From positions 1 through 40,225 of IMG/VR virus record IMGVR_UViG_3300028587_000016: DNA of 40,225 bases; one strand, written 5' to 3'. The stretch's first letter is position 1; the number at the start of each line of letters is the position of its first letter. Under the pieces are notes generated by a model. That model was not told the DNA's origin. It saw only the letters and a program-made list of their open reading frames with translations, and searched no databases. Shown here one piece after another: positions 18,605 to 27,751 of the stretch. This DNA comes from a virus. Taxonomy: Duplodnaviria; Caudoviricetes. The translations under genes were made by a program, and so were the position numbers.

Positions 18605-19116
18605 TGCCGCTCGTGAACACGACTCGTGAGGGCACTCTCACCATCAGTGGCATCTCGTTGAACCCGGCCAACGGCGCCTGGGGAGTGTTTGGCGACGAGC
18701 GCGGTGAGGGTGGTCTCGTTCACCTCTGGACGAAGTTCGACGTGCGCGGCGAAGACCGGCTCCTGCCCGGCGCGACCGGCGTGCTCGCCTACCCGCGCAG
18801 GATGACCGTGACTCGGTGCGATCTGAGATTCCTCGTCGCAGGCGACATGATCGGGCAGACCAGCACGCCGGCGACCGACTCGATCCAGGGCCTCGCGACG
18901 AACTTGGAGTACCTGCGCGCGAACATCCTCGCGCCAGTCGTGTCTGCCACCGGCACCCGTGCCGCGGTCCTCACCGTGCCAGGTCAGTCGAACAGATCTG
19001 CCAGCGTCCACGTGCTCGGCATGGTGATCCAGTCCTACGCTCTCAGTCTCGGCTGCGACGGTTCGATCGCGATCACCACACTCCAGTTGTCCATCCCAGG
19101 GGGGAGATTCGCCTAA
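18604..19116 (+). CDS. Minor tail protein (distal-tail-like position)
   Basis: Directly after TMP; RGEDRLLPGATG motif; beta-rich. Confidence 0.55.
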   Translation: MPLVNTTREGTLTISGISLNPANGAWGVFGDERGEGGLVHLWTKFDVRGEDRLLPGATGVLAYPRRMTVTRCDLRFLVAGDMIGQTSTPATDSIQGLATNLEYLRANILAPVVSATGTRAAVLTVPGQSNRSASVHVLGMVIQSYALSLGCDGSIAITTLQLSIPGGRFA

Positions 19117-20390
19117 TGACGGTCACATCGAGAGGCATCGACGGCGGCGTCGACATCAACGTCCTGGTCGACTCGACCGCGTCGGGCGACGCCGAGATGG
19201 TGAAGCTCGCCGTCGGGACTGTCGGCTCCGCAGTTATAAGTCCTGGTGATGCCACTAACGGCCTCGATGTCGACGTCACTAGGATGGTGCCCGGCACGAG
19301 CGCCACGTCACTCGGCAAGGCAGAAGACTCTGCGGCCGCGTCGGCGGACACCGGGGTCTTCATCCTCGCGATTCGCCGCGACGCGGCGACGAATGACGTC
19401 GACGCGGCAGGCGATTACTCTGGTATCCACGTCGACGCGCTCGGCCGGCTGTACGTCACCGGTGTTCACGCCGAGGACGCTGCCGCCGCATCCGGCGATC
19501 TCGGACACTTCATGCTCGCGATCCGCCGCGACGCTCCCACGTCGAGCGCGGCGGCTGGTGACTATCACGAGATCCAGGTCGATGCGCTCGGTCGAGTCTG
19601 GACGTCAGGGTCATACGCAGAAGACGCTGTCGCTACCTCTGGCGACTATGGAAAGTTCGTGCTCGCAGTTCGCCGTGACGCGAAGGTCGCGAGTTCGGCC
19701 GCCGGGGACTACCACGAGCTGCAGGTCGACGCGGTCGGCGCTCTCTGGACTGCAGACGTCCAGACCGAGGATGCCGTCGCCGCGTCTGGCGATCGCGGCT
19801 CGTTCGTCCTCGCCGTCCGTCGGGACACGCCGACCTCTGGCGCCGCAGCAGGCGACTACCACGAGTTGGAGGTCGACGCTCTCGGTCGTCTGTGGGTCAG
19901 CGGCACGCAGGCCGAGGACGCCGCGCACACCTCCGGTGACACCGGGCAGTTCATACTCGCCGTCCAATCGCTCGCCCGCACCTCGCGGTCGGCCGACAAC
20001 GATTACACCCCGGTCGCTGTCGATGCGGCGGGTGCGATCTTCGGCGCGGTCGTACCCGAGAACAACTCGGCGTGGGCCGCATCGAGTCACAACTCGATCT
20101 CGGCCGCATCCGGAGTCATCAAGGCGTCGGCGGGCAAGTTGTACCGCCTGAAGATCACGAATGACAACGCGGCAGCCAGGTGGTTCCAACTCTTCAACCT
20201 GACCGCGGTGCCTGCTGACACGACAGTCCCGACCGTCTCAGTCCAGGTCCCGGCCAACACGACCATCCCGCTCGAGTGGGGGGACATGGGGAAGTACTTC
20301 AGCACAGGTATCAGTTGGAGCAACTCGACGACTGGCGGACAGAAGACGCTCGCTGGCACTGACATGCACGTGGACGCCCAGTACCTGTAG
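19116..20390 (+). CDS. Repeat-containing minor virion protein
   Basis: TAATG start at 19116; five ~49-aa repeats; C-terminal beta domain. Confidence 0.7.
   Translation: MTVTSRGIDGGVDINVLVDSTASGDAEMVKLAVGTVGSAVISPGDATNGLDVDVTRMVPGTSATSLGKAEDSAAASADTGVFILAIRRDAATNDVDAAGDYSGIHVDALGRLYVTGVHAEDAAAASGDLGHFMLAIRRDAPTSSAAAGDYHEIQVDALGRVWTSGSYAEDAVATSGDYGKFVLAVRRDAKVASSAAGDYHELQVDAVGALWTADVQTEDAVAASGDRGSFVLAVRRDTPTSGAAAGDYHELEVDALGRLWVSGTQAEDAAHTSGDTGQFILAVQSLARTSRSADNDYTPVAVDAAGAIFGAVVPENNSAWAASSHNSISAASGVIKASAGKLYRLKITNDNAAARWFQLFNLTAVPADTTVPTVSVQVPANTTIPLEWGDMGKYFSTGISWSNSTTGGQKTLAGTDMHVDAQYL
19317..20046 (+). repeat. Five ~147-bp coding tandem repeats
   Basis: Consensus AEDAxAxSGDxGxFxLAxRRD...AGDYHExxVDALGRxW. 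Confidence 0.85.
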
Positions 20391-20393
20391 GCC

Positions 20394-22313
20394 ATGCCAC
20401 TTCTCTTCTTGCTTCACGGAGGTGGATCGGCACCTCTCACGACGCCGCCGAGATACGAGGTCACGGCCGAGCTTCTCGACCGAGACGGTACCGTCGTCGC
20501 CGGCGACCCACTCCTCACGGCGTTCGGCCTGACCTGGTACGACGAGGAGAACGGGCCCGGGTACGGCGAGGTCACCATGGCGCTCTCGGAGGCCGGCTCC
20601 GCCGAGCTGATCCCGGGCAGGTACGTCAACTGCCTCGTAGACGGTCAGGTCGACTTCACGTGGAAGATCGAGGGCAACCCCGAGTTCAAGATCATCGACC
20701 GTGGAGAGGAGAAGATGCAGGTCATCCGGGTGCGAGGCCGAGGATGGACGTGCATCTTCGACGAGGCGCTCGTGTACCCGGAGTACGCCCTCAACTTCTC
20801 TGTCCAGACGACCTGGCGCCTGTTCAGTTTCGCGTCCGCTCTCTTCCCTAACGCTGGGACGTGGGCAGCGGCCGTCGAGCAGGCCGAGTACCTCGAGGGC
20901 GTCACGGAGGCCGACTGCTACGGGCACTGGCAGCGAGCGCCAGACGGCCTGGCGTACCCGGCACCGATCGGATGGCCGTGGGGCACGCACCCGTCGAATC
21001 TCGTGAACGGTGTCCCGACCACGAACTACGTCGAGCAGTTCTGGCTCCGGACGTCGAACCAGCCGTCGTACGTGTCCACCGGCTACTACTTCTTCAGGCG
21101 GACGTTCACGCTCACCGATCCGCTGACCGCGGTCAAGTTCACGTGCACGGGAGACAACTTCTTCACGCTGTTCTTGGAGGGCGTGCCGATCCTCGGCGAG
21201 AAGATGGGCGCCAACAACGACCACCTCATGTGGCAGGGATGGAAGGAGCAGACGATCTTCCTCCCGGCCGGCGAGTACACGCTCGGTGCGGTCGTGTACA
21301 ACATCAGCTTCGCGGACATGGGAGCCGGAGCCCCCGTCGACTCTCCGCCGTGCCTCGCCCAGGGATGGGCAGGCGGCGCTAGATACGACAACCCCGGCGG
21401 CCTGCTCTGCGCGATCTACGTCGACGGCGACATCGTAGACGACCCCGTGCCAATCGTCATGTCAGACGACAGCTGGGTCGGGTACTACGACGCGACCAGT
21501 TGGCCGGGTTGGACGCCGGGTCAGGTCTTCACGCAACTGAACGCGGAGGCGCTCGCTCACGGATCGATCACCGTGTACAACGGTGGGACGTGGACGGACG
21601 ACGTCGACTCGGACGGCGACGCGTGGCGCCCGACGGACACGACGGTGACTCGCCCGGACATGCCGACGTTCGCAGCCGAGGTCGGCTCCCCCGTCATGCA
21701 GGCGTTGATGAAGGCGCACGAGGAGGGATGGATCAGGTGGCACGGTCAACCCGGGAACTTCCTCCTCGACATCCGCCGCGGTCGTCTGCCGACGACCCCA
21801 GTCGCGGTGGCGACGTTCGATTGGGCGACGAACCTCCTGTCGCTCGAGCGGAAGGCCACGTCGACGTACGCGAACGCCGTCCTGGTGCAGTGGACGAACG
21901 GATACCTGCCGGTCCCTGACGCGGCCGAGATCGCCGCGTACGGCACGAAGGTCGAGGTCACGTACTCTGGCGACGCCGCGACCGAGGAGGAGGCCCAGCG
22001 TCAGGGAGAGAACGAGCTGCTCCGGATGGCGCAGGACCGCTACCCGGCGATCGTCGCGACCATCGAGCCACTCGACAACAGCGAGTACCCGTACCTCGGA
22101 TTCGGTGTCGGCAGCTACGTCTCGGTGCCCGCCGTCGGAGGTGGGTTCGAGACGGTACGCGTGCTCTCCATCAGGTGCGGACAGGACGAGCTCGGCTACC
22201 CGATCTGGACGCTCGAGCTGAATCAGAAGCTCGACGTGCCGGAGCGCCGCGAGTCCCAGCTCCTCCAGCAGATCGGTGGCAGGCAACAGATCGTCCGTGG
22301 CGTGGTCCACTGA
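20394..22313 (+). CDS. Minor tail protein (baseplate hub-like with inserted beta domain)
   Basis: 639 aa; NGPGYGEVT; internal FFRRTFTL...GDNFFTLFLEG jelly-roll-like segment; C-terminal FGVGSYVSV. Confidence 0.65.
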   Translation: MPLLFLLHGGGSAPLTTPPRYEVTAELLDRDGTVVAGDPLLTAFGLTWYDEENGPGYGEVTMALSEAGSAELIPGRYVNCLVDGQVDFTWKIEGNPEFKIIDRGEEKMQVIRVRGRGWTCIFDEALVYPEYALNFSVQTTWRLFSFASALFPNAGTWAAAVEQAEYLEGVTEADCYGHWQRAPDGLAYPAPIGWPWGTHPSNLVNGVPTTNYVEQFWLRTSNQPSYVSTGYYFFRRTFTLTDPLTAVKFTCTGDNFFTLFLEGVPILGEKMGANNDHLMWQGWKEQTIFLPAGEYTLGAVVYNISFADMGAGAPVDSPPCLAQGWAGGARYDNPGGLLCAIYVDGDIVDDPVPIVMSDDSWVGYYDATSWPGWTPGQVFTQLNAEALAHGSITVYNGGTWTDDVDSDGDAWRPTDTTVTRPDMPTFAAEVGSPVMQALMKAHEEGWIRWHGQPGNFLLDIRRGRLPTTPVAVATFDWATNLLSLERKATSTYANAVLVQWTNGYLPVPDAAEIAAYGTKVEVTYSGDAATEEEAQRQGENELLRMAQDRYPAIVATIEPLDNSEYPYLGFGVGSYVSVPAVGGGFETVRVLSIRCGQDELGYPIWTLELNQKLDVPERRESQLLQQIGGRQQIVRGVVH

Positions 22314-23080
22314 TGCCCAAGGACAACCCGCGGGGCCCGCTCGACCCGATCTTCGACGTCAAGAAGCGCCGAGGCGCGGTCCAGGTCGGGAACTCGTACC
22401 CGAGTGAGTACGTTCCCCCCGGAGAGATCAGCGACTTCGTGTGGTACACGACAGCGAACGGCGGCGAGTACCCGGTAGGAGGTATTGACGCCACTGATCC
22501 CGTGATCGCCGGGCAGTCGCTCTTGTATGGCTCTAACTTCCGCACCGGTGGCGCCGGGCCGACGACAGAACCTACGTTCACTGGCACGGCCACGCTCGGG
22601 GCGTCATCGACGGTAGCCGCCGTCGCCGGTTATGACACCCTCGGCGCGTCACGCGGATCTTCCGGGATCTGGATGGCGTCTGTCACCGGTTCCGGCGACT
22701 TGACCATCCCGGATCGTGGCAGTGCTCAGTACGTCGACTGGGCGCTGGTTCTCACTGGATTCTCTGGTGTCGCTCAGACCGCCCGCTCGACTGCCGACAG
22801 CGTCGACGCTGTCTCACTGAGTCTCCCCGCGCCGCCGACGAAGACCGTTCTATGCGTTGTCCAGTACGGCGGTGCCGCCGGGACTGACGGCATCTCTGAT
22901 GCGTCGCCGTCCGGGTTCACGTTGGTCCAACTTGTCGGCCGCACTGGCAACATCACGTCACTGGAGGTGATGATCTTCGTCGGCGCGGCGCAGTCGATCA
23001 GCTTCAACATGGGCGGCGGCATACCCGGTGGGGCCGTGCTCAGTGGTGGACGTGACGCCGTGCTGCTGGAGTTGTCCTGA
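22313..23080 (+). CDS. Putative adsorption/receptor-binding protein 1 (shared N-terminal anchor)
   Basis: Starts MPKDNPRGPLDPIFDVKKRRGAVQVGNSYP; TGATG coupling. Confidence 0.6.
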   Translation: MPKDNPRGPLDPIFDVKKRRGAVQVGNSYPSEYVPPGEISDFVWYTTANGGEYPVGGIDATDPVIAGQSLLYGSNFRTGGAGPTTEPTFTGTATLGASSTVAAVAGYDTLGASRGSSGIWMASVTGSGDLTIPDRGSAQYVDWALVLTGFSGVAQTARSTADSVDAVSLSLPAPPTKTVLCVVQYGGAAGTDGISDASPSGFTLVQLVGRTGNITSLEVMIFVGAAQSISFNMGGGIPGGAVLSGGRDAVLLELS

Positions 23081-23916
23081 TGCCCAACAGCAACCAGTTC
23101 GGCCCCCTCGACCCGATCTTCGACAATGAGAAGAAGAGGGGGGCGATCGACATCGGGAACTCATTCCCGAGTGAGCCCGACACCGGGTGCTCCTCTCAAC
23201 TGTTCAGTGCCATCGTCGCGCTCAACCCGATCACGTACTTCACTCTCCAGGGCCCGTCAACTGACGCTCTGATCGATTGGGGATCAGCCGGGATGACACT
23301 GTCTGCGGGGGCCGGGGTCACGTTCGAGAATACCATCGGGGGTGACTTCTGCAGTTACGCCCGCGGCAACGGCGGTTCGACCGGTCGGTTGACTGGCTCC
23401 GATCTGGCCAGCCTTAGCCCGCAGGACGGCGGTGGGCTCACGGTCGGCATTCTCGCGCAGCGCGAGGCCAGTACGGCGTCACAGGCGGCGATCATCAGCA
23501 AGGCGACGGCCGCGGGGTCTATCAACGAGTGGCAGATCGGTACCGACGACGCGGATGCGACCGACATCACCGCCTGTTTGTACTCGGGTGGCGTCAATCA
23601 GTTCACGCGTCGTCGGCGCTCCAACACCGATGCCTTCCCCGTCTCGACATGGGTGATGATGATCGCTCGTTACGGCACGACCACGACCAGCACTCCAGAT
23701 CTGCGTATCAATGGGGTCAATATCGCTGGACTCACGAATGAGACCGGTACTGCCATCGCGGGCAACGCCGCACCCCTGGAGATCTTCGGACGCGGTGGTT
23801 CGTCTGGCACATTCCTCGGGAGTGGCGCTCATCCGTTCACCATCGCTGGCCAGATCTCCGATGCTCAGTGCCAGACTATTGAGGACGCCGCCCGCGATGA
23901 GGGATGGCCGATCTGA
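23080..23916 (+). CDS. Putative adsorption/receptor-binding protein 2 (LamG-like)
   Basis: Starts MPNSNQFGPLDPIFDNEKKRGAIDIGNSFP; AIISK, LRINGV, PLEIFGR LamG-like pattern. Confidence 0.6.
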   Translation: MPNSNQFGPLDPIFDNEKKRGAIDIGNSFPSEPDTGCSSQLFSAIVALNPITYFTLQGPSTDALIDWGSAGMTLSAGAGVTFENTIGGDFCSYARGNGGSTGRLTGSDLASLSPQDGGGLTVGILAQREASTASQAAIISKATAAGSINEWQIGTDDADATDITACLYSGGVNQFTRRRRSNTDAFPVSTWVMMIARYGTTTTSTPDLRINGVNIAGLTNETGTAIAGNAAPLEIFGRGGSSGTFLGSGAHPFTIAGQISDAQCQTIEDAARDEGWPI

Positions 23917-24728
23917 TGCCCAACAGCAACGAACTCGGTCCCCTTGACCCCATCTTCGACGTGGAGAAGAGCGTGGGCGCGATCGTCATCGGCAACTCGT
24001 ACCCGGTCACATATATCGACCGCGTCGCGTTCGACTACTACTGGGACTTCTCGAACACCGCCAACTGGACCGGCGCACTCTTGACGGGGCAGAACCCGGA
24101 GGTCGGCAATCTCGCGATGAAGCAGATCGACTTCGCGAACGGGATGGGCCTGTCAACGATCAACGGGCTCACCTGCGCGGCCAACGTCGGTGGGTTCCTC
24201 TCGGTGCGCGGCGAGTGGGGTACGGACGCGAGTCTCCCAACATTCGACCCGCCCCTCGCGCTGTGCGGCACGTATCAGCGCATCGTCTCCGACGGGAACC
24301 AGGGTGTCTGCACCGCCATCGCTACGTACAACGTCCCGGGCGGGTCTGGCGCCACGCCCTACATCACCACGGGCATCCCAAATGTCGGCAGTCAAGTGGT
24401 GGGAACGGCTGTTACGTCCTTGGTTGCCACCACGGCCCCGGCGGACACGAGTCCACACGCAGTCTTCTTCGTCGTCGACGACCCGAACAGTGAGTTGTGG
24501 GTCGACGGCGTGCTGGAGGCGACCGGAAGTGTCGGCCTCGGCAACATCGTCTCGGGGAGGCGCGTCACGGTCATCACCAGCCCTAGCGCAGATGGCGGTG
24601 GTCCGGCCAGCGGCGGGGGGATACCGAACTCGAAGTGGGGTGAGGGCGGCCTCCACATCGGCACGCACCCTAGCGCGACTCAGATCATCAACTGGTTCAC
24701 AGACGTCATGACGAAGTGGGGCGTCTGA
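23916..24728 (+). CDS. Putative adsorption/receptor-binding protein 3 (LamG-like)
   Basis: Starts MPNSNELGPLDPIFDVEKSVGAIVIGNSYP; SELWVDGV; ends KWGV. Confidence 0.6.
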   Translation: MPNSNELGPLDPIFDVEKSVGAIVIGNSYPVTYIDRVAFDYYWDFSNTANWTGALLTGQNPEVGNLAMKQIDFANGMGLSTINGLTCAANVGGFLSVRGEWGTDASLPTFDPPLALCGTYQRIVSDGNQGVCTAIATYNVPGGSGATPYITTGIPNVGSQVVGTAVTSLVATTAPADTSPHAVFFVVDDPNSELWVDGVLEATGSVGLGNIVSGRRVTVITSPSADGGGPASGGGIPNSKWGEGGLHIGTHPSATQIINWFTDVMTKWGV

Positions 24729-24734
24729 CATGGT

Positions 24735-25697
24735 ATGGTGTCTCTGGTGACGATAGGACTGACGATACCTGGAGTGGAGACGGTCCACCCGCGCGAGACG
24801 ATCGCGACCGCGTGCTACCCGATCATCGGGCCCGCGTTCGACATCCGCAAGGTCTGGCAGCCGCTCGCGCACTACACCGCCGCGATCGACCTGCCGGACG
24901 GCGACCTGGACGAGTTCGACTATCAGATCGGGCCGTATCTCAAGGCGGTCAACAAGGACTACTGGGATCACAGAGACGGAACGGGCATCACGACCTGCGG
25001 GACCTTCAAGCCGGGATACGCGATCGGGTACTCGTTCGCCGTCGACTGGCTCGGCGGCGCCTGGGAGCTCAGAGGATTCGACATCTTCCCGGCCGCGACG
25101 GCGAATCACAACACCTACACGTTCCCGATCCTGTTCTTGACGGACCTCCGCGACGGCGCGTCGGACCTGATGCTCGCCGCGGCTCGAGCCATCTGGCGCG
25201 AGGCGCGCAGGCGGTCCGGCAACGCCCTCTTCGTGGACCGGCCGAAGGGCCACCGCGAGGTGTGCGGCGGCTGCACGGCCTGCCCAGGCAATCCGCTCAT
25301 CGCCCAGCGTGACGCCGGGCTCATGGACCTCGACTACCAGCCACCTCAGGAGGAACCTCCCATGGGGACCCTGCCCGCCCAGATCCGCGTCCTCGACACC
25401 CGCGTGAAGAATCAGCCTCTGAAGCCGATGGAGCCACGTCGCGTCAGCATCCTTCCGACGCCGCCTGAGTGGGCCGGCGCCGTGCGAGTCAACATCCTCG
25501 CGACCGAACCTGTCGCCGGCGGCTGGCTGTCGTTCGACGGGGGGACGACCACCAAGGTCAACTACGCCACGGGGTGGACCATCGCCAATGAGGTCAGTGT
25601 CCCGTTGAAGAATGACGGTACCTGGTACGTCGAGGTTACGGCGAACATCCAGACGCACATCGTGGTGGACGTCTGCGGCTTCGACAGTCTGATCTAG
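24735..25697 (+). CDS. Endolysin: N-acetylmuramoyl-L-alanine amidase plus C-terminal beta-sandwich domain (start uncertain, may be GTG 24747)
   Basis: Amidase_2-type Zn ligands HYT, GHRE, TACPG; IGYSFAVD..G..WE.RG. Confidence 0.8.
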   Translation: MVSLVTIGLTIPGVETVHPRETIATACYPIIGPAFDIRKVWQPLAHYTAAIDLPDGDLDEFDYQIGPYLKAVNKDYWDHRDGTGITTCGTFKPGYAIGYSFAVDWLGGAWELRGFDIFPAATANHNTYTFPILFLTDLRDGASDLMLAAARAIWREARRRSGNALFVDRPKGHREVCGGCTACPGNPLIAQRDAGLMDLDYQPPQEEPPMGTLPAQIRVLDTRVKNQPLKPMEPRRVSILPTPPEWAGAVRVNILATEPVAGGWLSFDGGTTTKVNYATGWTIANEVSVPLKNDGTWYVEVTANIQTHIVVDVCGFDSLI

Positions 25698-25981
25698 CGC
25701 CTCGGCGGGCAGATCGCGCCAAGCATAGGGCCCGGCACCGGGCAATGACTGTGGGTCGGACTCATCGGCGGGCACCACGTGCCGTCGCTGATCTGGAGGC
25801 ACGGTGCGCAGCAGTCGTCGCGGTCGTCGCCGGTCTCGTACGCTGCCTCCGGGTGGTAGTTGCGACCGCAGAAGAATCTGTCTTGGACACAGCACACGAC
25901 GTGCAGGCGCTCATCGCCGAGCTCGACGTCGAGGATCTCCTCGATGATGGTGACCGTTCCCGGTCCGTAGATGAGCGGCAT
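25694..25981 (-). CDS. Small Cys-rich protein
   Basis: ATG 25981 with GAGG upstream; H..CC, FCG, CC.PC, several further Cys. Confidence 0.55.
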   Translation of the reverse strand: MPLIYGPGTVTIIEEILDVELGDERLHVVCCVQDRFFCGRNYHPEAAYETGDDRDDCCAPCLQISDGTWCPPMSPTHSHCPVPGPMLGAICPPRR

Positions 25982-26131
25982 GTCACTCGCACCTCGCGCC
26001 CCGAGGGCACGGCCTCGGCCTGACGAACGTAGCCGCGACGGGCGTCGCGAGAGCAAGGAGAATCAGGATCGCTGCAGACCGCCTCAGATTATGGTGTCTC
26101 GTCACGCCGAGTGTCACCGAGGGGTCCCGTA

Positions 26132-26377
26132 CTAACCCTCGCGGGTGCTGCACCACAGGTAGCCGGCCCGGCGCTCGATGTGGCCTGCCGCCTGGAGCCT
26201 CTTCAGGACGTAGAAGACCTGACTCCGGCTCAGATCCGGGTCCAGCGCCTTCCGGAGGTCGCCGAGCCTGGTGCACAGTCCCTTCGCCTCCCTCTCCATG
26301 ATCAGATCCAGCGCCTGCCGATCCCTCTCGACCACGACCGTCTTGCGCGGCGCGCCGATACCGTCTCTAGTCGTCAT
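26132..26377 (-). CDS. Winged helix-turn-helix DNA-binding protein
   Basis: LSRSQVFYVLKRLQAAGHIER wHTH pattern; AGGAG RBS. Confidence 0.7.
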   Translation of the reverse strand: MTTRDGIGAPRKTVVVERDRQALDLIMEREAKGLCTRLGDLRKALDPDLSRSQVFYVLKRLQAAGHIERRAGYLWCSTREG

Positions 26378-26519
26378 GTCTCTCCTCCTGAAGTCCTTCA
26401 TTCCCCTCGTCGTCCCACCAGTACCGGCACTCATCGCACTCGTGACGTCCCTCGTGGTCGATAGGTCGACCGCAATCGCACGGTCCACTGATCTTCAGAC
26501 ACGGACCTTCATCGGTCAT
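26367..26519 (-). CDS. Small Cys/His-rich protein (start could be GTG 26534)
   Basis: CDCGRPIDHEGRHECDEC; fills the gap between coupled genes. Confidence 0.5.
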   Translation of the reverse strand: MTDEGPCLKISGPCDCGRPIDHEGRHECDECRYWWDDEGNEGLQEERHDD

Positions 26520-26530
26520 CACGTCGCCCT

Positions 26531-27751
26531 TCACGTCTTCCTCCTCGGCTTGACGTCGTACAGCCACTCGCGATCGCCGACCTCCTGGCCTGGTGGGAGC
26601 TCGGACACGTCGCCCTCGACGGCGAGCCTCAGGAATCGGCCGACGAACTCGCCAGCCTGGACCGTGATGCCCTTCCCCCAGTAGTCCTTGAGCCCTCGGT
26701 CGGTCTCCAGTGGGGCGATCCTCCACGTGTCCGGGAACCCCATCGCTCGGGCGACCTCGCGGTGGGTGATCCTTCGTGGCAGCCACGGGTGGATGACGTT
26801 GTTGATCGCGCCGCCGTAGATCACGTGCCCCGGCCTGTCGTGCCTCCACCGGATGACCGGGAAGTACCCGGACTCCCACTTCCGGTTGTCCCTGTGGTGC
26901 GCGATCTCGTCCGGCGTCCACGGGAAGTCCGGGTCGCCGTTGCGACTCTCGGTCCGCCTCCGGAGGACGTGCTCGTACGTCTCGCCTGGCGCCCACTCCT
27001 CCTGCTCGAGCAGGACCGCGATGCGACTCCCGCGCTTGTCGTCGAGAGGCGGTGACCAGTGACCGTCGGTGCCGTTGAAGGCTCGCACGCGGTGAGTCGC
27101 CCACAGCGACGATGGCAGGCTGCCGTAGTGCTGCCACTCCCACCGATCGGCGGGCATGTCCGCGAGGTCGTAGATCGCGTCGAGCCACGTCGCGCTCAGC
27201 GACACCGGCGTCGGGTCGATCCTGAACGGCACGCGGTGGCAGATCCAGAAGTAGCGCCTGCGGGTGCACGGGCCGCCCAGGGCCACCACGTCGTGCTTGA
27301 GGTGCGTGAGGTCCCACTGCTGGCCGGTGATCCCCTCCAGGTACGAGCGGAGGTCGCGCATCAGCTTTCGTCCGTCTGGTCTGGAGAATGCGGGGACGAC
27401 CGACTCGAAGATCGCGATCTGCGGCATGACCTTCGCGGCGTAGTCGACGAAGTCCCACATGCAGTGGTTGATCGGGCTGTCGGCGCCGCGGAAGTCGGTG
27501 TTGGACGCGACGCTGAACCCGCTGCACGGCGGGTTGCCGGTCACGATCGGGACGTCGAACACCTCCCAGTCGCTCGGCTGGACGGCCTGCCACTCCCAGT
27601 CGTACCCGACCAGGTGCCGGTTCGCGTCCACGTTCGGGATGCCGAACCCGCCGACGTTCTCGACCTTGTGCACCATCCGCAACCCGGCCGCGGTGGCACC
27701 CATGTCGAACCCTCCGGCGAAGGTCTGGCATGCGACGAAGTCGACGGTCAT
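26531..27751 (-). CDS. DNA (cytosine-5)-methyltransferase, divergent
   Basis: Motif I TFAGG, IV GNPPCSGFS, VI ESV, VIII RRRYF, IX REVARAMGFP, X GKGI; ATGA overlap start 27751. Confidence 0.8.
   Translation of the reverse strand: MTVDFVACQTFAGGFDMGATAAGLRMVHKVENVGGFGIPNVDANRHLVGYDWEWQAVQPSDWEVFDVPIVTGNPPCSGFSVASNTDFRGADSPINHCMWDFVDYAAKVMPQIAIFESVVPAFSRPDGRKLMRDLRSYLEGITGQQWDLTHLKHDVVALGGPCTRRRYFWICHRVPFRIDPTPVSLSATWLDAIYDLADMPADRWEWQHYGSLPSSLWATHRVRAFNGTDGHWSPPLDDKRGSRIAVLLEQEEWAPGETYEHVLRRRTESRNGDPDFPWTPDEIAHHRDNRKWESGYFPVIRWRHDRPGHVIYGGAINNVIHPWLPRRITHREVARAMGFPDTWRIAPLETDRGLKDYWGKGITVQAGEFVGRFLRLAVEGDVSELPPGQEVGDREWLYDVKPRRKT

Noticed and set aside
18816-19115. Upstream extensions given by the ORF track (e.g. 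starts 18816, 10005, 10604, 14329, 22175, 28036, 29164, 33519, 39837)
   Set aside because: They overlap neighbouring genes extensively; downstream starts with RBS or stop-start coupling fit better
19317-20046. Regularly spaced repeats as a CRISPR array or DGR template/variable repeat
   Set aside because: The repeats are in-frame protein repeats with synonymous variation and no spacers; no adenine-specific pattern was noticed and no reverse transcriptase is present
22313-24728. Shufflon/invertible tail-fibre system
   Set aside because: All three genes are complete, co-oriented and coupled; no inverted cassettes or recombinase in the window
24153-25895. 580-aa minus-strand ORF and other long antisense ORFs (1130-2410, 11396-12862, 34858-36096, 37960-39312)
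   Set aside because: They lie opposite well-supported genes, are Arg/Gly-rich and lack motifs; expected shadow ORFs in high-GC DNA
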